Assembly: GCA_025558095.1 (NCBI GenBank)
Contig: JAIVFI010000045.1
Span: 124,001-188,000, forward strand
From: Hyaloraphidium curvatum SAG 235-1
Taxonomy: Eukaryota > Fungi > Monoblepharomycota
DNA: 64,000 nt
Direction of reading: 5' to 3'
Made by a program: the position numbers and the translations under genes. Positions within the stretch are counted from its first letter, which is position 1. Each line of letters opens with the position of its first letter. This document shows positions 22,895 to 32,654 of the stretch, piece after piece. The notes beneath the pieces were generated by a model that made no database searches, was not told where the DNA came from, and was given only the letters and a program-made list of their open reading frames with translations.

Positions 22895-25800
22895 TCACGC
22901 CGAGCCAGAAGGACGAGGTTGTCCGAGAAGCTTCGCCAGCGCGCTCGACACTGGCGCAGTCTTGAGCCTTTCCCTTTCGACCATGCTCTCGAAAGAATCC
23001 TCTCGTTCCTCCTCCTCGTACTGCCGCAAGTAGTCCCGCCCTTCGTTCAGGAACCTCCCCACTTCGTTGAAGAATCCGACCGCCCTCTCCCGGTCCCCCT
23101 GGTTTCCGTCCCTCGCTTTGTGCAGCTCCCGCGATATCATGCCCTTCCAGGTGTTGAGGTCGTTCCAGCTCGCGGTCTGCTTGGCCTCCAAAGCCTCGTG
23201 CTCCTGCGTCAAGCGCGCCACATCTTTTCTGAGCTGATCATTCTCGCGCTCCAGCTGGTTCAGTCTCCTTAAGATGCCCGACAGGCCATCTTCGCGATCG
23301 GAATCAGTTGATCCGTCCACCGAGTCCATGATTGGCGTCACTTCATCGTCGAGGGAGGCAGCAGAAGGGGCGCTGGCCCGGACTCCATCCAGACGATCCT
23401 GCGACCCCAGAATGACGCGGTCGTCCTGAGTTTGGTGTTGTCCGTGCAGAAGCCGCGATGAGCCCGTCGATTCTTTCAGAGGTCGTTTCGCCGCGGCACT
23501 CTCCGCGCCCGATTCCTCCAGCTCGAGATCGTCAAGCTTCCGCTTACTGCGGCCCACCGGCTCCGATTTCCGACGACTGCCTTCTTTAGACGCCTGAATG
23601 GCGAAGTGCGTGAGCACCATGGCGAGGGAAGCCTATGAATGACTAACCGCGCCACTTTCGATCGGCAACACCTCCGACTTCCGTGCCTTGGCCATCGCAC
23701 CACGTTCCCGCGCCAATGCGTTGCAAAGCTTGCAACCTCTGTTCACAAAAAGATTGACTGTATCCACGAATCGATGCGTTGGCTCCCCTCGGCACTCAAA
23801 AACAACGCGGCGACTGGATCCTTTGGTTATGCGCGTGGGATCCTGGAAAAGCTGCCCCTTGTTCTCCACCCTGCACTGCACTGCCAGAGGATCATCCGGT
23901 TGAAGATCACGCACCACCATCGCCGCGATGTGGGGGTGAGTGTCCGCAAGCGTTTCTTTGACCGCAGCCGCCTTGCAGTCCCTGCAGCCATAGTGCACGA
24001 AATAGTTCACCGTATCCGCGACTCGGTGCGTTGGCTCTCCCCGGCATTCGAAAACGACGTGGCGACGGGATACTGGAGATAGGAGCGTGGGATCCTGCAA
24101 AAGCTGGCCGCTGTTTTCTTCCCTGCACTTAACCGCCAACGGATCGTCCGGTTGAAGATCGCGCACCACCATCGCCGCGATGTCGGGGTAGGCGTCCGCA
24201 AGCGTTTCCTTAACCGGTGGTCCCTTGCACTCCCTGCAGCCATTGCGCACGAAAACGCCGACCGTCTCCACTTGTCGGTGCGATTGCTCCCCCCGGCACT
24301 CGAAAACGACGCGGCGACTGGATCCTTTGGATAGCAGCGCGGGATCCTGGAAAAGCCGGCCCTTGTTCTCCTCCCTGCACTGCACCGCCAACGGATCATC
24401 CGGTTGAAGATCCCGCACCACCATCGCCGCGATGTCGGGGTGAGTGTCCGCGAGTGATTTACCGGCTGCTGCCTTGCAGTCCCTGCAGCCATTCCGCAAG
24501 AAAATTTGGACCATGTCCACGAATCGGTGCGATGGCTCCCCCCGGCACTCGAAAACGACGCGGCGACTGGATCCTTTGGATAGCAGCGCGGGATCCTGGA
24601 AAAGCCGGCCCTTGTTCTCCTCCCTGCACTGCACCGCCAACGGATCATCCGGTTGAAGATCCCGCACCACCATCGCCGCGATGTCGGGGTGAGTGTCCGC
24701 GAGTGATTTACCGGCTGCTGCCTTGCAGTCCCTGCAGCCATTCCGCAAGAAAATTTGGACCATGTCCACGAATCGGTGCGATGGCTCCCCCCGGCACTCG
24801 AAAACAACGCGGCGACTGGATCCTTTGGATAGCAGCGCGGGATCCTGGAAAAGCCGGCCCTTGTTCTCCTCCCTGCACTGCACCGCCAACGGATCATCCG
24901 GTTGAAGATCCCGCACCACCATCGCCGCGATGTCGGGGTGGGTGTCCGCAAGCGTTTCTTTGACCACAGCCGCCTTGCATTCCCTGCAGCCAACGCGCAA
25001 GAAAACGTGAACTGCCTCCGCAAATCGGTGAGCTGGCTCCTCCGGGCACTCGAAAACGACGTAGCGACTGGATCCTTTGGATATGAGCGTGGGATCCTGA
25101 AAAAGCTGGCCATTGTTTTCCTCCCTGCATTTGGCCGCCAACGGATCATCCGGCTGAAGATCGCGCACCACCATGGCCGCGATGTCGGGGTGAGTTTCCG
25201 CAAGCGATTGCTTGAACCACTTCCTCGCCGGTTCGGGAGACTGCTCGTCGCCATCAGAGCCGTTCGCAACGCTCTGCCGATCATCACTTCCCGCCTGCAA
25301 TCCGTGCCCAGGCAGATGCAGCTGATCACCAGCGGCATCCTCCGGTTCCGAATGAATGTCATCCTCCGCGCTGGCGGCATCCGTCTTCTCCCAACACAAC
25401 GGGCACGAGGGAGGGTTCTTCCTTAGAGCAAAGCTCTTGATGACGGCACTCCAAAGATGGGAAGGATCGTCCGGGCATCGCAAGACGACCATCTTGTTGG
25501 AAAACTTTCTCAGCTCAGCCGGATTCTGCCACAGCTTGCCACCGTTGATGGGATGCCCTTTGCACTTCAGGGCTACCTCCGAGTTCTCGTCCACGTCCTG
25601 AGCTACCATGCTGGCCAAATCAGGGCGCAAGGGCCTCGGTGCCTTCAAGAGGGGCGGCTTCTCGAGTTCGTCCGCATCGTCCTCCTCTGAACTAGCCCCT
25701 TCTGCATCCTCGGCAGAGGCCAATACCGGATCTTTCGGCGTCGATCGAGTCCCTCTTGCTTTGGTCAGCTTCTGCGTAGGCGCTTCATCGCTCTCAAGAG

Positions 25801-27563
25801 GAGGCTTCCGCGTCCGGCGGCGTTTCGGCTCGCTAGAGCTTTGTCCGTCGAGCTCGTTGCCGCGCCGCTTTGCCAACCGAGCAGAGGCATGGCGCTCAGG
25901 GCTCGCCAAGGAAGACCGGTGAGGGCTGCTGCCTCCAGCAACACCACTGACGTCGGATCCAAGGTCGTCCTTGACGAGGCGTGCGTTAGGGCGGTACGTC
26001 GAAACGGAACGCAAACAAACCTCCTCATCTGACGCGAACTTCAGCGAGCTTCCAGAGAAGCTCTCGGATCGCGGCTCCGGAGTCTCGACTTTTGCCAGTG
26101 TTGCAACGCGATCGATCGACTGAGAAGACGCGGAACTCGGGGAATCGGACACATTTGGCTCGCGAGGCGCACGAGTCCGGGTGTGGGGCCGCCGAAAGCT
26201 TTCTGGAGCCTCGAGGGGTGCTTCGATGTCCGCGGCATGTGCGGAATCCGCAGTCAGCAAAGGAATGTCCAGATTGGTCTGCCACCTCGTCCGTGGCCCG
26301 TCCCTGGTCGTTGGCGGAGACATCCTGCCATCCCGGACCTTGGGCGCGGTTGACACAGGCTCCAAAGTCTTCCTGCGAAGCCTCGCCGCATAGTCGCCAG
26401 CCTTTAGGCTTGCAACCGTCCCTTTGGCCGTTTGCACAGTCAAAGACTTGGTCCGTGCGCCCCTCCGCGCGGCGTTTGCGGCGATAGGCTGCTCAATGAT
26501 CTCCGATGTTGGAGAGGAAAGTCCACTTCGCCGTGGTTGCTCTTGCCGCTGCTGCTGAGGAACATGCATCAGAACAGGGTGATGGTGCTCTTCCTCGAGG
26601 ACTCACATAGAGTAATACGGGATCATCATCTTCACCTTCGCTCGAGTTCGAAACCAAATGCACGGGTCGTTCTCGGACACGCCCTTTCGGGCTCTCCGGC
26701 GGAAGGGAAGAGGCGCGTCCACGCGAGCGCAACGGCCTCGGGGTCCGAGCAGAAACAGAATCGGAACTCGACGAGCGGTTCCTCCTTCTGAACTTGCCGG
26801 CAACAACACCGCCGTCTTGTGATGCCGAGGGCGAAGGCACTTCAGTGCCGATTCCCATTGCGAACAAGCTTTCTTTGATGGCTCGGTCCCTCCTGTTCAG
26901 AACCATCCTCTCGAACGCTCCGTTTGCATGGTAGCTCAGCAGCTTGCGCTGCTCGACGCTCTCTGCTGTCAAGGGAACCACCGTATCCTCCGGCTGCACC
27001 CATCCGACGCGTCCCCCGTCGTTGACGTACCTGGGAAGCCAGTGAGGTCACTTTCCAATCTGCTTTCGCAGCAACGACAGAGAACTGACTGCACCGGCAG
27101 CGCATCAACGCCCTCATCGTCCTGAGTTTTTCGAAAGTAATCCCTATTCTGCTTCTTGAGATTCGCCATGTCGCTAAGGTCGACGACCATCGCTGGCCAG
27201 GGCGGGAACTTGTCGTCGGTTTCGCCCTTCGACACGCGAAAGGGAAAGGTAGCATGGTGAGATAGAGACAAGCAAGCAACTTTGAGAACGGAGACGCGTC
27301 CCCGGGTCCGCCGAAACGCGTCCTCCAGATCCTGGACGAACTCGGGGCGACAGTCCCTCCATCCCCCCTCCCCCATGTTGGCATCGAATCCCGAAAATGC
27401 CGCGCCATGCTCTCCCATGGCATAATTCAGACATCGCACTCACCTCGTCGTAATTGGGGACGACAAGCAGGTATGTGCCGGGGGGATACCGATTGACGTC
27501 CTTTTGCCCATTGCTGCTGGTGCCCCTTCCCCGGGTCTGGCGCCTCCCGGGGCTTGCCGACAT
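22895..27563 (-). CDS. PWWP domain + 7 treble-clef zinc-ribbon repeats (DUF4379-like) + C-terminal coiled coil; ~1428 aa, 5 exons
   Basis: Exons 27563-27444, 27226-27090, 27030-26607, 26554-23648 and 23593-22895 give one open frame of 4287 nt. PWWP: YPPGTYLLV...FPPWPAMVV...PVQYVNDGGRVGWVQPEDTVVPL. Repeat consensus SLAxTHPDIAA...DPxLxSKGSSRxVVFEC...H...GCxxC. Confidence 0.8.
23719..25213 (-). repeat. Coding tandem repeat: 6 units of 249-252 bp, plus one diverged unit at about 25395-25640
   Basis: Near-perfect 249-bp periodicity is visible from about 24290 to 24940, with identical translated units. Confidence 0.95.
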
Positions 27564-27733
27564 CGCGCGTCTTCCGATGCGGCGCGAAATTCAATTCTGC
27601 GCCGACGCGCCTTTCGCGACGGGCGCGCAATACGCGCCTACCCGCGAAGGCGGAAAAGGAGCGAAAAGCGCCGCAGTCGAGCGATCACTCGCTCTTTCTC
27701 ACTCCTCTGGCCACCAGGAGCCCATAAAGACCA

Positions 27734-27777
27734 CTTCAATCAACGCGTGCTTGACCTCTTCAATCAACGCGTGCTTG
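27734..27777. repeat. Perfect 20-bp direct repeat CTTCAATCAACGCGTGCTTG x2 (24-bp period), each copy containing ACGCGT
   Basis: Copies at 27734-27753 and 27758-27777, in the divergent intergenic region. Confidence 0.9.
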
Positions 27778-28110
27778 CTTTAGTCTAGGTAAAGTTGATC
27801 CGTTGGATCCGTTGGAGCGGGATCGGCGTGGTCGACTTGGTCTCGAGATCTCGACGAGATTCGCGGTCAAACGCCGCAGGGAAAAGAATGAATGCCACCG
27901 ACGTGCTTCTCGAGAGCTACTCTTACGAATACGATGAATGGAGAGCTATTCAATGGCTGAATCCGCGTTTGTTCTGGTAGGTTCTGGCAGAGTCCGGGAT
28001 CCGGGAATGCTCCGCCGCAGGACCGCGCCGCGCAAGCAGTTCCTGCTCACTACAAATCTCGAGACACCCGGGAAGGACCGGTCGCAACCAATCTACTCCA
28101 GTACGACACT

Positions 28111-29361
28111 ATGCATCATCGTCGTCACCCGCTGGAGGACCTGTTTGCCTACGGCGGGCCGCCGTGGAGCGCGCTGAACCCTCGTGCGGGAGATGGCCCC
28201 TGGAACTCCGCGTCGCTCTTCAACGACCCCTTCTTCACGAACTACGGTCGCTTCGGCAGCGGCGCCAGTCCTTGGGGCGTCGCCGCGCCCGCGGAGCCTT
28301 CCAATCGCACGGACACAGGATCGGGACACGGACAGTCGGCCGGTTCCCGCACCCCTTCTCCTCAGGACTCATCGCGCTCCATGGGCCGGAACTCCCGTTA
28401 TGAAGTCGATGGTGCGCCGCCCTCGGAGACTGCTCCAGTTTCGTCGAGAGTGTCACGCGCACCGCAACGCACTGTTCGCTTGAGGCGATTCCCGTTCTAC
28501 TTCCCGACTCCCTACTGCGATCAATGTGACTCGGACGAGGACGATTATGGGATGGATTATCTTCCCTTTGGAGACCTGTTCTGGTCGGATTTCCCGCGGG
28601 GATGGTACGAGCCTCGCCAGCCCGCGACGCGGAAGGCTCCTGGCCACACCGATGCCGCGGCGGCCGTTGCTCCCAAACCACCACCAGCTTCATCGACACC
28701 TCCATTTGAAGAAGAGCCGAGGCCTGTGAGAAAGACCGCTCCTGAGCAAGCCGAGTTGCGCTCCCCGGCGTCGCCAGCCGCGCCTGCGAAGGACATGGAC
28801 TTTGAGACGTCGCTCAGCCACAAGGAAATGCTCTACTCCGCGTTGGACTCCATGGACATTAAGCATAAGGACGTTGGCGGAGCTGGCGATTGCCTTTTTT
28901 TGTCGCTGAGCGACCAGATCGCCAACTATCGCGCTCCCTTCGGAAACACGAAGCAGGCACGTTTTCCGAAGCTCAGTGCCAACCAGATCCGCGGCATCGT
29001 GGTCGACGAGATCGCAACGTCGAGAGATCTGTACAAGTGGGACGTGCTTGCCCTCGTAAACGGCAATGCACGATCGGAAGACGAGGCATTCGACGCCTAC
29101 GTTGCAAAAATGGCGCGCCCGGGCGAGTACGGCGACGCAATCTGCCTCGCTGCTTTCGCCAGGGTCTTTGACTGCGGCGTCGTTGTCTGGATGTGGGACG
29201 ACAAGAAGGACCGTTTGAGCCGCGTGATCGTAGAGTGGGAGGAAGACGGGGACGGACCGCGGGTGGAGAAGCGGAGGCTGCACGTGGGCTGGTTTCCTGC
29301 GGGAGAAGGCGAAAGCGGAAATCACTACTTTTCGGTGTTTCCTGGCGATGTGGAGCTGTAG
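28111..29361 (+). CDS. OTU-domain cysteine protease (deubiquitinase-like), intronless
   Basis: VGGAGDCLFLSLSDQ, YVAKMARPGEYGDAICLAAFA, GNHYFSV. Confidence 0.8.
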   Translation: MHHRRHPLEDLFAYGGPPWSALNPRAGDGPWNSASLFNDPFFTNYGRFGSGASPWGVAAPAEPSNRTDTGSGHGQSAGSRTPSPQDSSRSMGRNSRYEVDGAPPSETAPVSSRVSRAPQRTVRLRRFPFYFPTPYCDQCDSDEDDYGMDYLPFGDLFWSDFPRGWYEPRQPATRKAPGHTDAAAAVAPKPPPASSTPPFEEEPRPVRKTAPEQAELRSPASPAAPAKDMDFETSLSHKEMLYSALDSMDIKHKDVGGAGDCLFLSLSDQIANYRAPFGNTKQARFPKLSANQIRGIVVDEIATSRDLYKWDVLALVNGNARSEDEAFDAYVAKMARPGEYGDAICLAAFARVFDCGVVVWMWDDKKDRLSRVIVEWEEDGDGPRVEKRRLHVGWFPAGEGESGNHYFSVFPGDVEL

Positions 29362-29503
29362 CTGTCGTATATGAGTCTCTCTTCGTTGTTATCCGTTTCC
29401 TTCGTGACATGATTTGCGCCTCTCGCGTGCGGAGGAATGCTTGTCCGCAGCCCCTTGCGTCCCCGCCTCAGCGCCCCTTCGCTGAGCGACGCGACGCGAA
29501 ACG

Positions 29504-32500
29504 ATGTCTGCCTCGGCGCCATCGCCATCGACGCCGTCCGGAGAGCCGATGGAGCAGTCCGTCCTCGGTGGCGGCGCCGGCAACCTTCAGGTCGACCCGG
29601 ACGTAATCAAGTTCCTCGAAACTCCGGACCTCCCCATCCTGGGCGCGAAGAAGCTCACTCCGCGGCAACGATGGAACATCGACATGTCCGAGCCATTGAT
29701 TACCACCGCCAAGTGCTACATCTTCAAGTTCAACATCCCGCAGTGGGGCAAGCTCTACCTGTTCGAGAAGAACATCTGCTTCCGGACGCTGCTGTCGGCC
29801 GGGCCCATGAAGCACAGCATCAAGAGGAGCTGGTCCGATGTCGAACGCGTCGAGTCCGAGGATGGCATGGTCCTCAACTCGATGCGGATTATCTACAAGT
29901 ACGGGACCAAGGTGGGACGTTCGCTTCTTGGCCTGGCGGCCCTGACAACGCTCTCTCCAGACCTACCTGGCCTTTGAGCAGCCTGAGGAACGCGTTCGGA
30001 TCCTGACCGCCGCCGAAAAGCTTCTCCGACGCGCGAAGCTCGGGTCGACGGGCTCCTTCGACGTTCTGAGTCCCATTTCGGAAACGGAAGACCTAGAGGA
30101 CGAGTCGGATCCGCTCAAGGTCGCCGACACGGCCTCCGTGAACGTGTCTTTGAACCTGACAACCCTGCGGCGTCCTGGGGCCGAGGGCACGCTCCGGATC
30201 CTGAAAGGGGGCAAGCCGAAACACATCACCATCTTCACAATCGGAAGCAGGTGATGCCAAGCGTCGTGATGATCGCGGCTTTTGCCTTACCGTCGTGCCA
30301 GGGGTGATGTTCAACCCTTCATTTCGCTCTCGAAGACATTGATGAAGCGCGGCTACAAGGTCCGGATAGCCACTTTTGCGGAGTACAAGGCCTGGGTCGA
30401 GGGCCACGGCATTGAGTTTCGGACGGTTGCGGGTGATCCGACGGCGATCATGAGTCTTTGTGTCGACAACGGGTGAGCCGGCCGTGCTTATCGGTGGTCG
30501 ATATCTCTGACAGAATGATAAAGGATGTTTACGATGAAGTTCGTCAAGGAGGGTCTCCAGCAGCTGGACTGGATCAAGAACCTCTTTGAAACGGCCTACG
30601 AAGCCACGGAAGGAACGGACCTCATCTTGCTCACGCAGAGCGCCATGATCGGCGCCAACCTCGCCGAGGCGCGTGCTGTGCCCTGTATGCACGTCTTCAC
30701 GATGCCTTGGTCCGCCACGAAGGAATTCCCTCACCCGTTCATGGTGCCCGAGAAGGACAAGGGCCCGAGCTACAACCTCAGCTCGTGGAAGCTGATCGAG
30801 AATGGCATGGGGGCCGGTTTGCTGCTGAAGATCAACGAGTTCCGCAAAGCACACAAGCTTGTGGGTCGCAGTTTGGCTCGTTCACATTATCCTGCTCATC
30901 CGTTCTTGCTCAGCCGCCTACGTGGCCGCAGGGGCCTGTCGACTACACCCTCATCCCGACCATGTACTGTTTTTCGGAGCTGCTCGTGCCGAAACCGAGC
31001 GATTGGTCGCCACACACCTACAACACCGGCTTCTGGTTCCTGGACAATCCCGACCTTTCGTGGACCCCGCCGGCGGACCTCGTCGAGTTCCTCGATCGGA
31101 AGGACGGCAAGAAGATCGTCTACATCGGTTTCGGATCGATCGTCGTGCAGGATGCCGAGGCCATGAGCCGCGCCATCATCGCCGCGGTGGAACAGGCCGG
31201 CGTGCGCGCGATAGTGGCCGAGGGATGGTCGTCCCGCGGGAAGGAAAAGAAGGAGGCGGGGAAGCCGGCTGCCGCCCCGGCGCCGGCCAAGGAACAGAGC
31301 GACAAGGCTGTTGTCCCGACCCCTAGCTCCACCTCTTCTGTCGACGCCGCGGCGCCGCCGCTGCCTCCCAGGCGGCCGAATGCCGTCTTCCCCCCCGATC
31401 TGTCTCTCGGCGAGCGCGTGACGAGCTTCCTCTTTGATCACAATGGACTCACCAACGACGAAGCGTATGCCGGCCTCTACCAGATCCTCGCCGACTACTC
31501 CAGCAGAGTTGCTGGGAAGGGCGTGGACGCGCCCATCGCGCCTTCCAAGTTCACCGAGGAGCAGGTTGCCGCGCTGAGGGCGGGCAAGCCTGTCCTGGGC
31601 CAAACGATCCCGGCGCGCGGCTCCCTGGGCCAGGCCGCGGACTTCGGAACGTCAAAGTCGAAGAAGGACAAGAAGGCCAAGGAGCCCGAGGCGCCGATCG
31701 TGTGGCCCGACACGATCTACAAGGTCAAGGCGATCCCACACGACTGGCTCTTCCCCCAGCTCGACGGCGTCGTCCACCACGGCGGCGCCGGGAGCACCGC
31801 CGCCGGCCTGCGCGCCGGGTGCCCCACCATCATCAAGCCCTTCTTCGGGGACCAGTACTTCTGGGGCAAGGCCATCGAGCGGCAGGGCCTGGGCGTGTCG
31901 CTCGCGGAGCTCGACGCCGAGGACCTCGCCGCGGCGCTGGTCAAGATCACCACGGACGCGGACATGCGCGCGCGCGCGCAGGCGGTGGGGGAGAAGCTCC
32001 GCGCCGAGAACGGGCCCGAGGTCGCCGCGGACGCGATCGAGAAGGAGCTGGGCTGGGCACGGGACCTGGTCGAGGACCTCCTGACGCGGGCGCAGGAGAA
32101 GAACCGGCTCCGCGAGACGCGCAAGGCCGAGATGGCGGAGCTCAGGAAGCGCAGGGCGGAGATCGCTGCCGAGCGGTCGTCGCTAGAGGCCAAGCTCAAG
32201 GCGCAGGGCAAGTCCAAGAGCGAGATCGACGCCGAGGTCAAGGAGACGCTGCTCAAGTCGGTGACGATGGATCTCGACAGCGACGACGAGAACCAGGACG
32301 ACGACGACGAGGACGAGATGTTGCAGGCAATGGCCGAAATCAGCATCGCGCCTCCCGGCGGCGTCATGACCCGCATGGCCAAGAAGACGGGTCAGGGGCT
32401 CATCAAGGCCACCGTGCTGGGCGCGGGCTTGGTGACCACGGGCCAGGTGTTCGGCCTGCAGCTGGCCAAGAATGCCTGGGACTTTGTCGTCGGAGGCGGC

Positions 32501-32560
32501 AAGAAGAAGGCGGACAAGGAGAAGGCGGCGGCGGACAAGGCGGCGGAGAAGGCGACCTAG
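29504..32560 (+). CDS. Sterol 3-beta-glucosyltransferase (Atg26/Ugt51-like; GRAM + glycosyltransferase domains), multi-exon
   Basis: GRAM (GKLYLFEKNICF), TIGSRGDVQPFI, FTMPWSATKEFPHPF, VYIGFGSIV, IPHDWLFP, VHHGGAGSTAAGLRAG, KPFFGDQYFWG. Confidence 0.9.
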
Positions 32561-32654
32561 AGCGCGCGACAGTGCTCTGATTGTGCTCGTAAACTTGCTA
32601 TGGTATTGAACCATCAACGTTGAAAGTCCAAAAGGCCCAGCCGGCGCCTGCTTT

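Noticed and set aside
23719-25213. Repeat array as a CRISPR array or non-coding satellite
   Set aside because: Units are 249-252 bp, in frame, and encode zinc ribbons; there is no repeat-spacer structure and no cas gene.
27227-27443. Extra exon (HGAAFSGF...RTRGR) inside PWWP-gene intron 1
   Set aside because: Direct splicing of 27444 to 27226 keeps the frame and gives a compact PWWP domain; no convincing acceptor for an internal exon, though alternative splicing is not excluded.
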